DNA of 64,000 bases, taken from positions 3,906,001 through 3,970,000 of the forward strand of contig JBPQGU010000016.1 in assembly GCA_051362555.1 (NCBI GenBank). Direction: 5' to 3'. Made by a program: the position numbers and the translations under genes. The stretch comes from Lingula anatina (Eukaryota > Animalia > Brachiopoda). Positions 37,101 to 50,800 of this stretch are shown here, piece after piece. Position 1 is the first letter of the stretch, and every line of letters begins with the position of its first letter. The notes under the pieces are model-generated. The model made no database searches and was not told the origin of the DNA. It was given only the letters and a program-made list of their open reading frames with translations.

Positions 37101-40100
37101 AGACGGGTCGATTTTTGGTGATTTTGAGTGATTTTGAACAGTGCCGGCACTGTGAGATTTCTTCAATTTTGGCCAGGTAGGGATGAAAATTTTTTTTCTT
37201 CATTATAGTGTCAGGTAGGTGTGTTCGGTCATTTGTAGTAAGAATAAAGTGCTGGAAGAGTGGTGGTGTCAACATTAAGGAAGAAATAGAGCAAAAACTC
37301 TCTCTCCCCCCCCCCCCTCTCAGATTCTGTTCTCAGAGCTTATTTTTGGATCATCTTTAAAGCTAGAATTGGGGGCCTTGATGAAGTGACCCGGGCGCGT
37401 TTCCACATTTTTTATGAATGACAGGTGTGGTAGATTGATTTTCCTCACTTTTTGGAAAAATCGGAGACGGGTCGATTTTTGGTGATTTTGAGTGATTTTG
37501 AACAGTGCCGGCACTGTGAGATTTCTTCAATTTTGGCCAGGTAGGGATGAAAATTTTTTTTCTTCATTATAGTGTCAGGTAGGTGTGTTCGGTCATTTGT
37601 AGTAAGAATAAAGTGCTGGAAGAGTGGTGGTGTCAACATTAAGGAAGAAATAGAGCAAAAACTCTCTCTCCCCCCCCCCCTCTCAGATTCTGTTCTCAGA
37701 GCTTATTTTTGGATCATCTTTAAAGCTAGAATTGGGGGCCTTGATGAAGTGACCCGGGCGCGTTTCCACATTTTTTATGAATGACAGGTGTGGTAGATTG
37801 ATTTTCCTCACTTTTTGGAAAAATCGGAGACGGGTCGATTTTTGGTGATTTTGAGTGATTTTGAACAGTGCCGGCACTGTGAGATTTCTTCAATTTTGGC
37901 CAGGTAGGGATGAAAATTTTTTTTCTTCATTATAGTGTCAGGTAGGTGTGTTCGGTCATTTGTAGTAAGAATAAAGTGCTGGAAGAGTGGTGGTGTCAAC
38001 ATTAAGGAAGAAATAGAGCAAAAACTCTCTCTCCCCCCCCCCCTCTCAGATTCTGTTCTCAGAGCTTATTTTTGGATCATCTTTAAAGCTAGAATTGGGG
38101 GCCTTGATGAAGTGACCCGGGCGCGTTTCCACATTTTTTATGAATGACAGGTGTGGTAGATTGATTTTCCTCACTTTTTGGAAAAATCGGAGACGGGTCG
38201 ATTTTTGGTGATTTTGAGTGATTTTGAACAGTGCCGGCACTGTGAGATTTCTTCAATTTTGGCCAGGTAGGGATGAAAATTTTTTTTCTTCATTATAGTG
38301 TCAGGTAGGTGTGTTCGGTCATTTGTAGTAAGAATAAAGTGCTGGAAGAGTGGTGGTGTCAACATTAAGGAAGAAATAGAGCAAAAACTCTCTCTCCCCC
38401 CCCCCCTCTCAGATTCTGTTCTCAGAGCTTATTTTTGGATCATCTTTAAAGCTAGAATTGGGGGCCTTGATGAAGTGACCCGGGCGCGTTTCCACATTTT
38501 TTATGAATGACAGGTGTGGTAGATTGATTTTCCTCACTTTTTGGAAAAATCGGAGACGGGTCGATTTTTGGTGATTTTGAGTGATTTTGAACAGTGCCGG
38601 CACTGTGAGATTTCTTCAATTTTGGCCAGGTAGGGATGAAAATTTTTTTTCTTCATTATAGTGTCAGGTAGGTGTGTTCGGTCATTTGTAGTAAGAATAA
38701 AGTGCTGGAAGAGTGGTGGTGTCAACATTAAGGAAGAAATAGAGCAAAAACTCTCTCTCCCCCCCCCCCTCTCAGATTCTGTTCTCAGAGCTTATTTTTG
38801 GATCATCTTTAAAGCTAGAATTGGGGGCCTTGATGAAGTGACCCGGGCGCGTTTCCACATTTTTTATGAATGACAGGTGTGGTAGATTGATTTTCCTCAC
38901 TTTTTGGAAAAATCGGAGACGGGTCGATTTTTGGTGATTTTGAGTGATTTTGAACAGTGCCGGCACTGTGAGATTTCTTCAATTTTGGCCAGGTAGGGAT
39001 GAAAATTTTTTTTCTTCATTATAGTGTCAGGTAGGTGTGTTCGGTCATTTGTAGTAAGAATAAAGTGCTGGAAGAGTGGTGGTGTCAACATTAAGGAAGA
39101 AATAGAGCAAAAACTCTCTCTCCCCCCCCCCCTCTCAGATTCTGTTCTCAGAGCTTATTTTTGGATCATCTTTAAAGCTAGAATTGGGGGCCTTGATGAA
39201 GTGACCCGGGCGCGTTTCCACATTTTTTATGAATGACAGGTGTGGTAGATTGATTTTCCTCACTTTTTGGAAAAATCGGAGACGGGTCGATTTTTGGTGA
39301 TTTTGAGTGATTTTGAACAGTGCCGGCACTGTGAGATTTCTTCAATTTTGGCCAGGTAGGGATGAAAATTTTTTTTCTTCATTATAGTGTCAGGTAGGTG
39401 TGTTCGGTCATTTGTAGTAAGAATAAAGTGCTGGAAGAGTGGTGGTGTCAACATTAAGGAAGAAATAGAGCAAAAACTCTCTCTCCCCCCCCCCCTCTCA
39501 GATTCTGTTCTCAGAGCTTATTTTTGGATCATCTTTAAAGCTAGAATTGGGGGCCTTGATGAAGTGACCCGGGCGCGTTTCCACATTTTTTATGAATGAC
39601 AGGTGTGGTAGATTGATTTTCCTCACTTTTTGGAAAAATCGGAGACGGGTCGATTTTTGGTGATTTTGAGTGATTTTGAACAGTGCCGGCACTGTGAGAT
39701 TTCTTCAATTTTGGCCAGGTAGGGATGAAAATTTTTTTTCTTCATTATAGTGTCAGGTAGGTGTGTTCGGTCATTTGTAGTAAGAATAAAGTGCTGGAAG
39801 AGTGGTGGTGTCAACATTAAGGAAGAAATAGAGCAAAAACTCTCTCTCCCCCCCCCCCTCTCAGATTCTGTTCTCAGAGCTTATTTTTGGATCATCTTTA
39901 AAGCTAGAATTGGGGGCCTTGATGAAGTGACCCGGGCGCGTTTCCACATTTTTTATGAATGACAGGTGTGGTAGATTGATTTTCCTCACTTTTTGGAAAA
40001 ATCGGAGACGGGTCGATTTTTGGTGATTTTGAGTGATTTTGAACAGTGCCGGCACTGTGAGATTTCTTCAATTTTGGCCAGGTAGGGATGAAAATTTTTT

Positions 40101-43100
40101 TTCTTCATTATAGTGTCAGGTAGGTGTGTTCGGTCATTTGTAGTAAGAATAAAGTGCTGGAAGAGTGGTGGTGTCAACATTAAGGAAGAAATAGAGCAAA
40201 AACTCTCTCTCCCCCCCCCCCTCTCAGATTCTGTTCTCAGAGCTTATTTTTGGATCATCTTTAAAGCTAGAATTGGGGGCCTTGATGAAGTGACCCGGGC
40301 GCGTTTCCACATTTTTTATGAATGACAGGTGTGGTAGATTGATTTTCCTCACTTTTTGGAAAAATCGGAGACGGGTCGATTTTTGGTGATTTTGAGTGAT
40401 TTTGAACAGTGCCGGCACTGTGAGATTTCTTCAATTTTGGCCAGGTAGGGATGAAAATTTTTTTTCTTCATTATAGTGTCAGGTAGGTGTGTTCGGTCAT
40501 TTGTAGTAAGAATAAAGTGCTGGAAGAGTGGTGGTGTCAACATTAAGGAAGAAATAGAGCAAAAACTCTCTCTCCCCCCCCCCCTCTCAGATTCTGTTCT
40601 CAGAGCTTATTTTTGGATCATCTTTAAAGCTAGAATTGGGGGCCTTGATGAAGTGACCCGGGCGCGTTTCCACATTTTTTATGAATGACAGGTGTGGTAG
40701 ATTGATTTTCCTCACTTTTTGGAAAAATCGGAGACGGGTCGATTTTTGGTGATTTTGAGTGATTTTGAACAGTGCCGGCACTGTGAGATTTCTTCAATTT
40801 TGGCCAGGTAGGGATGAAAATTTTTTTTCTTCATTATAGTGTCAGGTAGGTGTGTTCGGTCATTTGTAGTAAGAATAAAGTGCTGGAAGAGTGGTGGTGT
40901 CAACATTAAGGAAGAAATAGAGCAAAAACTCTCTCTCCCCCCCCCCCTCTCAGATTCTGTTCTCAGAGCTTATTTTTGGATCATCTTTAAAGCTAGAATT
41001 GGGGGCCTTGATGAAGTGACCCGGGCGCGTTTCCACATTTTTTATGAATGACAGGTGTGGTAGATTGATTTTCCTCACTTTTTGGAAAAATCGGAGACGG
41101 GTCGATTTTTGGTGATTTTGAGTGATTTTGAACAGTGCCGGCACTGTGAGATTTCTTCAATTTTGGCCAGGTAGGGATGAAAATTTTTTTTCTTCATTAT
41201 AGTGTCAGGTAGGTGTGTTCGGTCATTTGTAGTAAGAATAAAGTGCTGGAAGAGTGGTGGTGTCAACATTAAGGAAGAAATAGAGCAAAAACTCTCTCTC
41301 CCCCCCCCCCTCTCAGATTCTGTTCTCAGAGCTTATTTTTGGATCATCTTTAAAGCTAGAATTGGGGGCCTTGATGAAGTGACCCGGGCGCGTTTCCACA
41401 TTTTTTATGAATGACAGGTGTGGTAGATTGATTTTCCTCACTTTTTGGAAAAATCGGAGACGGGTCGATTTTTGGTGATTTTGAGTGATTTTGAACAGTG
41501 CCGGCACTGTGAGATTTCTTCAATTTTGGCCAGGTAGGGATGAAAATTTTTTTTCTTCATTATAGTGTCAGGTAGGTGTGTTCGGTCATTTGTAGTAAGA
41601 ATAAAGTGCTGGAAGAGTGGTGGTGTCAACATTAAGGAAGAAATAGAGCAAAAACTCTCTCTCCCCCCCCCCCTCTCAGATTCTGTTCTCAGAGCTTATT
41701 TTTGGATCATCTTTAAAGCTAGAATTGGGGGCCTTGATGAAGTGACCCGGGCGCGTTTCCACATTTTTTATGAATGACAGGTGTGGTAGATTGATTTTCC
41801 TCACTTTTTGGAAAAATCGGAGACGGGTCGATTTTTGGTGATTTTGAGTGATTTTGAACAGTGCCGGCACTGTGAGATTTCTTCAATTTTGGCCAGGTAG
41901 GGATGAAAATTTTTTTTCTTCATTATAGTGTCAGGTAGGTGTGTTCGGTCATTTGTAGTAAGAATAAAGTGCTGGAAGAGTGGTGGTGTCAACATTAAGG
42001 AAGAAATAGAGCAAAAACTCTCTCTCCCCCCCCCCCTCTCAGATTCTGTTCTCAGAGCTTATTTTTGGATCATCTTTAAAGCTAGAATTGGGGGCCTTGA
42101 TGAAGTGACCCGGGCGCGTTTCCACATTTTTTATGAATGACAGGTGTGGTAGATTGATTTTCCTCACTTTTTGGAAAAATCGGAGACGGGTCGATTTTTG
42201 GTGATTTTGAGTGATTTTGAACAGTGCCGGCACTGTGAGATTTCTTCAATTTTGGCCAGGTAGGGATGAAAATTTTTTTTCTTCATTATAGTGTCAGGTA
42301 GGTGTGTTCGGTCATTTGTAGTAAGAATAAAGTGCTGGAAGAGTGGTGGTGTCAACATTAAGGAAGAAATAGAGCAAAAACTCTCTCTCCCCCCCCCCCT
42401 CTCAGATTCTGTTCTCAGAGCTTATTTTTGGATCATCTTTAAAGCTAGAATTGGGGGCCTTGATGAAGTGACCCGGGCGCGTTTCCACATTTTTTATGAA
42501 TGACAGGTGTGGTAGATTGATTTTCCTCACTTTTTGGAAAAATCGGAGACGGGTCGATTTTTGGTGATTTTGAGTGATTTTGAACAGTGCCGGCACTGTG
42601 AGATTTCTTCAATTTTGGCCAGGTAGGGATGAAAATTTTTTTTCTTCATTATAGTGTCAGGTAGGTGTGTTCGGTCATTTGTAGTAAGAATAAAGTGCTG
42701 GAAGAGTGGTGGTGTCAACATTAAGGAAGAAATAGAGCAAAAACTCTCTCTCCCCCCCCCCCCTCTCAGATTCTGTTCTCAGAGCTTATTTTTGGATCAT
42801 CTTTAAAGCTAGAATTGGGGGCCTTGATGAAGTGACCCGGGCGCGTTTCCACATTTTTTATGAATGACAGGTGTGGTAGATTGATTTTCCTCACTTTTTG
42901 GAAAAATCGGAGACGGGTCGATTTTTGGTGATTTTGAGTGATTTTGAACAGTGCCGGCACTGTGAGATTTCTTCAATTTTGGCCAGGTAGGGATGAAAAT
43001 TTTTTTTCTTCATTATAGTGTCAGGTAGGTGTGTTCGGTCATTTGTAGTAAGAATAAAGTGCTGGAAGAGTGGTGGTGTCAACATTAAGGAAGAAATAGA

Positions 43101-44856
43101 GCAAAAACTCTCTCTCCCCCCCCCCCTCTCAGATTCTGTTCTCAGAGCTTATTTTTGGATCATCTTTAAAGCTAGAATTGGGGGCCTTGATGAAGTGACC
43201 CGGGCGCGTTTCCACATTTTTTATGAATGACAGGTGTGGTAGATTGATTTTCCTCACTTTTTGGAAAAATCGGAGACGGGTCGATTTTTGGTGATTTTGA
43301 GTGATTTTGAACAGTGCCGGCACTGTGAGATTTCTTCAATTTTGGCCAGGTAGGGATGAAAATTTTTTTTCTTCATTATAGTGTCAGGTAGGTGTGTTCG
43401 GTCATTTGTAGTAAGAATAAAGTGCTGGAAGAGTGGTGGTGTCAACATTAAGGAAGAAATAGAGCAAAAACTCTCTCTCCCCCCCCCCCCTCTCAGATTC
43501 TGTTCTCAGAGCTTATTTTTGGATCATCTTTAAAGCTAGAATTGGGGGCCTTGATGAAGTGACCCGGGCGCGTTTCCACATTTTTTATGAATGACAGGTG
43601 TGGTAGATTGATTTTCCTCACTTTTTGGAAAAATCGGAGACGGGTCGATTTTTGGTGATTTTGAGTGATTTTGAACAGTGCCGGCACTGTGAGATTTCTT
43701 CAATTTTGGCCAGGTAGGGATGAAAATTTTTTTTCTTCATTATAGTGTCAGGTAGGTGTGTTCGGTCATTTGTAGTAAGAATAAAGTGCTGGAAGAGTGG
43801 TGGTGTCAACATTAAGGAAGAAATAGAGCAAAAACTCTCTCTCCCCCCCCCCCCCCTCTCAGATTCTGTTCTCAGAGCTTATTTTTGGATCATCTTTAAA
43901 GCTAGAATTGGGGGCCTTGATGAAGTGACCCGGGCGCGTTTCCACATTTTTTATGAATGACAGGTGTGGTAGATTGATTTTCCTCACTTTTTGGAAAAAT
44001 CGGAGACGGGTCGATTTTTGGTGATTTTGAGTGATTTTGAACAGTGCCGGCACTGTGAGATTTCTTCAATTTTGGCCAGGTAGGGATGAAAATTTTTTTT
44101 CTTCATTATAGTGTCAGGTAGGTGTGTTCGGTCATTTGTAGTAAGAATAAAGTGCTGGAAGAGTGGTGGTGTCAACATTAAGGAAGAAATAGAGCAAAAA
44201 CTCTCTCTCCCCCCCCCCTCTCAGATTCTGTTCTCAGAGCTTATTTTTGGATCATCTTTAAAGCTAGAATTGGGGGCCTTGATGAAGTGACCCGGGCGCG
44301 TTTCCACATTTTTTATGAATGACAGGTGTGGTAGATTGATTTTCCTCACTTTTTGGAAAAATCGGAGACGGGTCGATTTTTGGTGATTTTGAGTGATTTT
44401 GAACAGTGCCGGCACTGTGAGATTTCTTCAATTTTGGCCAGGTAGGGATGAAAATTTTTTTTCTTCATTATAGTGTCAGGTAGGTGTGTTCGGTCATTTG
44501 TAGTAAGAATAAAGTGCTGGAAGAGTGGTGGTGTCAACATTAAGGAAGAAATAGAGCAAAAACTCTCTCTCCCCCCCCCCCCCTCTCAGATTCTGTTCTC
44601 AGAGCTTATTTTTGGATCATCTTTAAAGCTAGAATTGGGGGCCTTGATGAAGTGACCCGGGCGCGTTTCCACATTTTTTATGAATGACAGGTGTGGTAGA
44701 TTGATTTTCCTCACTTTTTGGAAAAATCGGAGACGGGTCGATTTTTGGTGATTTTGAGTGATTTTGAACAGTGCCGGCACTGTGAGATTTCTTCAATTTT
44801 GGCCAGGTAGGGATGAAAATTTTTTTTCTTCATTATAGTGTCAGGTAGGTGTGTTC
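25196..44856 (+). repeat. 363-bp satellite, homogeneous core (~54 near-identical monomers)
   Basis: ORF track repeats at a 362-366 (mostly 363) bp period. All monomers carry the ttttcCtcact allele. The variation seen is polyC length plus three single-base indels. Confidence 0.99.
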
Positions 44857-47800
44857 AGTCATTTGTAGTAAGAATAAAGTGCTGGAAGAGTGGTGGTGTC
44901 AACATTAAGGAAGAAATAGAGCAAAAACTCTCTCTCCCCCCCCCTCTCAGATTCTGTTCTCAGAGCTTATTTTTGGATCATCTTTAAAGCTAGAATTGGG
45001 GGCCTTGATGAAGTGACCCGGGCGCGTTTCCACATTTTTTATGAATGACAGGTGTGGTAGATTGATTTTCGTCACTTTCTGGAAAAATCGGAGACGGGTC
45101 GATTTTTGGTGATTTTGAGTGATTTTGAACAGTGCCGGCACTGTGAGATTTCTTCAATTTTGGCCAGGTAGGGATGAAAATTTTTTTTCTTCATTATAGT
45201 GTCAGGTAGGTGTGTTCGGTCATTTGTAGTAAGAATAAAGTGCTGGAAGAGTGGTGGTGTCAACATTAAGGAAGAAATAGAGCAAAAACTCTCTCTCCCC
45301 CCCCCTCTCAGATTCTGTTCTCAGAACTTATTTTTGGATCATCTTTAAAGCTAGAATTGGGGGCCTTGATGAAGTGACCCGGGCGCGTTTCCACATTTTT
45401 TATAAATGACAGGTGTGGTAGAGTGATTTTCGTCACTTTTTGGAAAAATCGGAGACGGGTCGATTTTTGGTGATTTTGAGTGATTTTGAACAGTGCCGGC
45501 ACTGTGAGATTTCTTCAATTTTGGCCAGGTAGGGATGAAAATTTTTTTTCTTCATTATAGTGTCAGGTAGGTGTGTTCTTTCATTTGTAGTAAGAATAAA
45601 GTGCTGGAAGAGTGGTGGTGTCAACATTAAGGAAGAAATAGAGCAAAAACTCTCTCTCCCCCCCCCCCCTCTCAGATTCTGTTCTCAGAGCTTATTTTTG
45701 GATCATCTTTAAAGCTAGAATTGGGGGCCTTGATGAAGAGACCCGGGCGCGTTTCCACATTTTTTATGAATGACAGGTGTGGTAGATTGATTTTCATCAC
45801 TTTTTGGAAAAATCGGAGACGGGTCGATTTTTGGTGATTTTGAGTGATTTTGAACAGTGCCGGCACTGTGAGATTTCTTCAATTTTGGCCAGGTAGGGAT
45901 GAAAATTTTTTTTCTTCATTATAGTGTCAGGTAGGTGTGTTCAGTCATTTGTAGTAAGAATAAAGTGCTGGAAGAGTGGTGGTGTCAACATTAAGGAAGA
46001 AATAGAGCAAAAACTCTCTCTCCCCCCCCCTCTCAGATTCTGTTCTCAGAGCTTATTTTTGGATCATCTTTAAAGCTAGAATTGGGGGCCTTGATGAAGT
46101 GACCCGGGCGCGTGTCCACATTTTTTATAAATGACAGGTGTGGTAGAGTGATTTTCGTCACTTTTTGGAAAAATCGGAGACGGGTCGATTTTTGGTGATT
46201 TTGAGTGATTTTGAACAGTGCCGGCACTGTGAGATTTCTTCAATTTTGGCCAGGTAGGGATGAAAATTTTTTTTCTTCATTATAGTGTCAGGTAGGTGTG
46301 TTCGGTCATTTGTAGTAAGAATAAAGTGCTGTAAGAGTGGTGGTGTCAACATTAAGGAAGAAATAGAGCAAAAACTCTCTCTCCCCCCCCTCTCAGATTC
46401 TGTTCTCAGAGCTTATTTTTGGATCATCTTTAAAGCTTGAATTGGGGGCCTTGATGAAGTGACCCGGGCGCGTTTCCACATTTTTTATGAATGACAGGTG
46501 TGGTAGATTGATTTTCGTCACTTTCTGGAAAAATCGGGGACGGGTCGATTTTTGGTGATTTTGAGTGATTTTGAACAGTGCCGGCACTGTGAGATTTCTT
46601 CAATTTTGGCCAGGTAGGGATGAAAATTTTTTTTCTTCATTATAGTGTCAGGTAGGTGTGTTCGGTCATTTGTAGTAAGAATAAAGTGCTGGAAGAGTGG
46701 TGGTGTCAACATTAAGGAAGAAATAGAGCAAAAACTCTCTCTCCCCCCCCCCCCCCTCAGATTCTGTTCTCAGAGCTTATTTTTTGATCATCTTTAAAGC
46801 TAGAATTGGGGGCCTTGATGAAGTGACCCGGGCGCGTTTCCACATTTTTTATGAATGACAGGTGTGGTAGATTGATTTTCGTCACTTTTTGGAAAAATCG
46901 GAGACGGGTCGATTTTTGGTGATTTTGAGTGATTTTGAACAGTGCCGGCACTGTGAGATTTCTTCAATTTTGGCCAGGTAGGGATGAAAATTTTTTTTCT
47001 TCATTATAGTGTCAGGTAGGTGTGTTCAGTCATTTGTAGTAAGAATAAAGTGCTGTAAGAGTGGTGGTGTCAACATTAAGGAAGAAATAGAGCAAAAACT
47101 CTCTCTCCCCCCCCTCTCAGATTCTGTTCTCAGAGCTTATTTTTGGATCATCTTTAAAGCTAGAATTGGGGGCCTTGATGAAGTGACCCGGGCGCTTTTC
47201 CACATTTTTTATGAATGACAGGTGTGGTAGATTGATTTTCGTCACTTTTTGGAAAAATCAGAGACGGGTTGATTTTTGGTGATTTTGAGTGATTTTGAAC
47301 AGTGCCGGCACTGTGAGATTTCTTCAATTTTGGCCAGGTAGGGATGAAAATTTTTTTTCTTCATTATAGTGTCAGGTAGGTGTGTTCGGTCATTTGTAGT
47401 AAGAATAAAGTGCTGGAAGAGTGGTGGTGTCAACATTAAGGAAGAAATAGAGCAAAAACTCTCTCTCCCCCCCCCCCCTCTCAGATTCTGTTCTCAGAGC
47501 TTATTTTTGGATCATCTTTAAAGCTAGAATTGGGGGCCTTGATGAAGTGACCCGGGCGCGTTTCCACATTTTTTATAAATGACAGGTGTGGTAGAGTGAT
47601 TTTCGTCACTTTTTGGAAAAATCGGAGACGGGTCGATTTTTGGTGATTTTGAGTGATTTTGAACAGTGCCGGCACTGTGAGATTTCATCAATTTTGGCCA
47701 GGTAGGGATGAAAATTTCTTTTCTTCATTATAGTGTCAGGTAGGTGTGTTCGGTCATTTGTAGTAAGAATAAAGTGCTTGAAGAGTGGTGGTGTCAACAT

Positions 47801-50800
47801 TAAGGAAGAAATAGAGCAAAAACTCTCTCTCCCCCCCCCCCCCCCCTCTCAGATTCTGTTCTCAGAGCTTATTTTTGGATCATCTTTAAAGCTAGAATTG
47901 GGGGCCTTGATGAAGTGACCCGGGCGCGTTTCCACATTTTTTATGAATGACAGGTGTGGTAGATTGATTTTCGTCACTTTCTGGAAAAATCGGAGACGGG
48001 TCGATTTTTGGTGATTTTGAGTGATTTTGAACAGTGCCGGCACTGTGAGATTTCTTCAATTTTGGCCAGGTAGGGATGAAATTTTTTTTTCTTCATTATA
48101 GTGTCAGGTAGGTGTGTTCGGTCATTTGTAGTAAGAATAAAGTGCTGGAAGAGTGGTGGTGTCAACATTAAGGAAGAAATAGAGCAAAAACTCTCTCTCC
48201 CCCCCCCTCTCAGATTCTGTTCTCAGAACTTATTTTTGGATCATATTTAAAGCTAGAATTGGGGGCCTTGATGAAGTGACCCGGGCGCGTTTCCACATTT
48301 TTTATAAATGTCAGGTGTGGTAGAGTGATTTTCGTCACTTTTTGGAAAAATCGGAGACGGGTCGATTTTTGGTGATTTTGAGTGATTTTGAACAGTGCCG
48401 GCACTGTGAGATTTCTTCAATTTTGGCCAGGTAGGGATGAAAATTTTTTTTCTTCATTATAGTGTCAGGTAGGTGTGTTCTTTCATTTGTAGTAAGAATA
48501 AAGTGCTGGAAGAGTGGTGGTGTCAACATTAAGGAAGAAATAGAGCAAAAACTCTCTCTCCCCCCCCCCCCTCTCAGATTCTGTTCTCAGAGCTTATTTT
48601 TGGATCATCTTTAAAGCTAGAATTGGGGGCCTTGATGAAGTGACCCGGGCGCGTTTCCACATTTTTTATAAATGACAGGTGTGGTAGAGTGATTTTCGTC
48701 ACTTTTTGGAAAAATCGGAGACGGGTCGATTTTTGGTGATTTTGAGTGATTTTGAACAGTGCCGGCACTGTGAGATTTCTTCAATTTTGGCCAGGTAGGG
48801 ATGAAAATTTTTTTTCTTCATTATAGTGTCAGGTAGGTGTGTTCTTTCATTTGTAGTAAGAATAAAGTGCTGGAAGAGTGGTGGTGTCAACATTAAGGAA
48901 GAAATAGAGCAAAAACTCTCTCTCCCCCCCCCCTCTCAGATTCTGTTCTCAGAGCTTATTTTTGGATCATCTTTAAAGCTAGAATTGGGGGCCTTGATGA
49001 AGAGACCCGGGCGCGTTTCCACATTTTTTATGAATGACAGGTGTGGTAGATTGATTTTCGTCACTTTTTGGAAAAATCGGAGACGGGTCGATTTTTGGTG
49101 ATTTTGAGTGATTTTGAACAGTGCCGGCACTGTGAGATTTCTTCAATTTTGGCCAGGTAGGGATGAAAATTTTTTTTCTTCATTATAGTGTCAGGTAGGT
49201 GTGTTCGGTCATTTGTAGTAAGAATAAAGTGCTGGAAGAGTGGTGGTGTCAACATTAAGGAAGAAATAGAGCAAAAACTCTCTCTCCCCCCCCCCCCCTC
49301 TCAGATTCTGTTCTCAGAGCTTATTTTTGGATCATCTTTAAAGCTAGAATTGGGGGCCTTGATGAAGTGACCCGGGCGCGTTTCCACATTTTTTATGAAT
49401 GACAGGTGTGGTAGATTGATTTTCGTCACTTTCTGGAAAAATCGGAGACGGGTCGATTTTTGGTGATTTTGAGTGATTTTGAACAGTGCCGGCACTGTGA
49501 GATTTCTTCAATTTTGGCCAGGTAGGGATGAAATTTTTTTTTCTTCATTATAGTGTCAGGTAGGTGTGTTCGGTCATTTGTAGTAAGAATAAAGTGCTGG
49601 AAGAGTGGTGGTGTCAACATTAAGGAAGAAATAGAGCAAAAACTCTCTCTCCCCCCCCCCTCTCAGATTCTGTTCTCAGAACTTATTTTTGGATCATATT
49701 TAAAGCTAGAATTGGGGGCCTTGATGAAGTGACCCGGGCGCGTTTCCACATTTTTTATAAATGACAGGTGTGGTAGAGTGATTTTCGTCACTTTTTGGAA
49801 AAATCGGAGACGGGTCGATTTTTGGTGATTTTGAGTGATTTTGAACAGTGCCGGCACTGTGAGATTTCTTCAATTTTGGCCAGGTAGGGATGAAAATTTT
49901 TTTTCTTCATTATAGTGTCAGGTAGGTGTGTTCTTTCATTTGTAGTAAGAATAAAGTGCTGGAAGAGTGGTGGTGTCAACATTAAGGAAGAAATAGAGCA
50001 AAAACTCTCTCTCCCCCCCCCCCCTCTCAGATTCTGTTCTCAGAGCTTATTTTTGGATCATCTTTAAAGCTAGAATTGGGGGCCTTGATGAAGTGACCCG
50101 GGCGCGTTTCCACATTTTTTATAAATGACAGGTGTGGTAGAGTGATTTTCGTCACTTTTTGGAAAAATCGGAGACGGGTCGATTTTTGGTGATTTTGAGT
50201 GATTTTGAACAGTGCCGGCACTGTGAGATTTCTTCAATTTTGGCCAGGTAGGGATGAAAATTTTTTTTCTTCATTATAGTGTCAGGTAGGTGTGTTCTTT
50301 CATTTGTAGTAAGAATAAAGTGCTGGAAGAGTGGTGGTGTCAACATTAAGGAAGAAATAGAGCAAAAACTCTCTCTCCCCCCCCCCCCCTCTCAGATTCT
50401 GTTCTCAGAGCTTATTTTTGGATCATCTTTAAAGCTAGAATTGGGGGCCTTGATGAAGAGACCCGGGCGCGTTTCCACATTTTTTATGAATGACAGGTGT
50501 GGTAGATTGATTTTCGTCACTTTTTGGAAAAATCGAAGACGGGTCGATTTTTGGTGATTTTGAGTGATTTTGAACAGTGCCGGCACTGTGAGATTTCTTC
50601 AATTTTGGCCAGGTAGGGATGAAAATTTTTTTTCTTCATTATAGTGTCAGGTAGGTGTGTTCGGTCATTTGTAGTAAGAATAAAGTGCTGGAAGAGTGGT
50701 GGTGTCAACATTAAGGAAGAAATAGAGCAAAAACTCTCTCTCCCCCCCCCTCTCAGATTCTGTTCTCAGAGCTTATTTTTGGATCATCTTTAAAGCTAGA

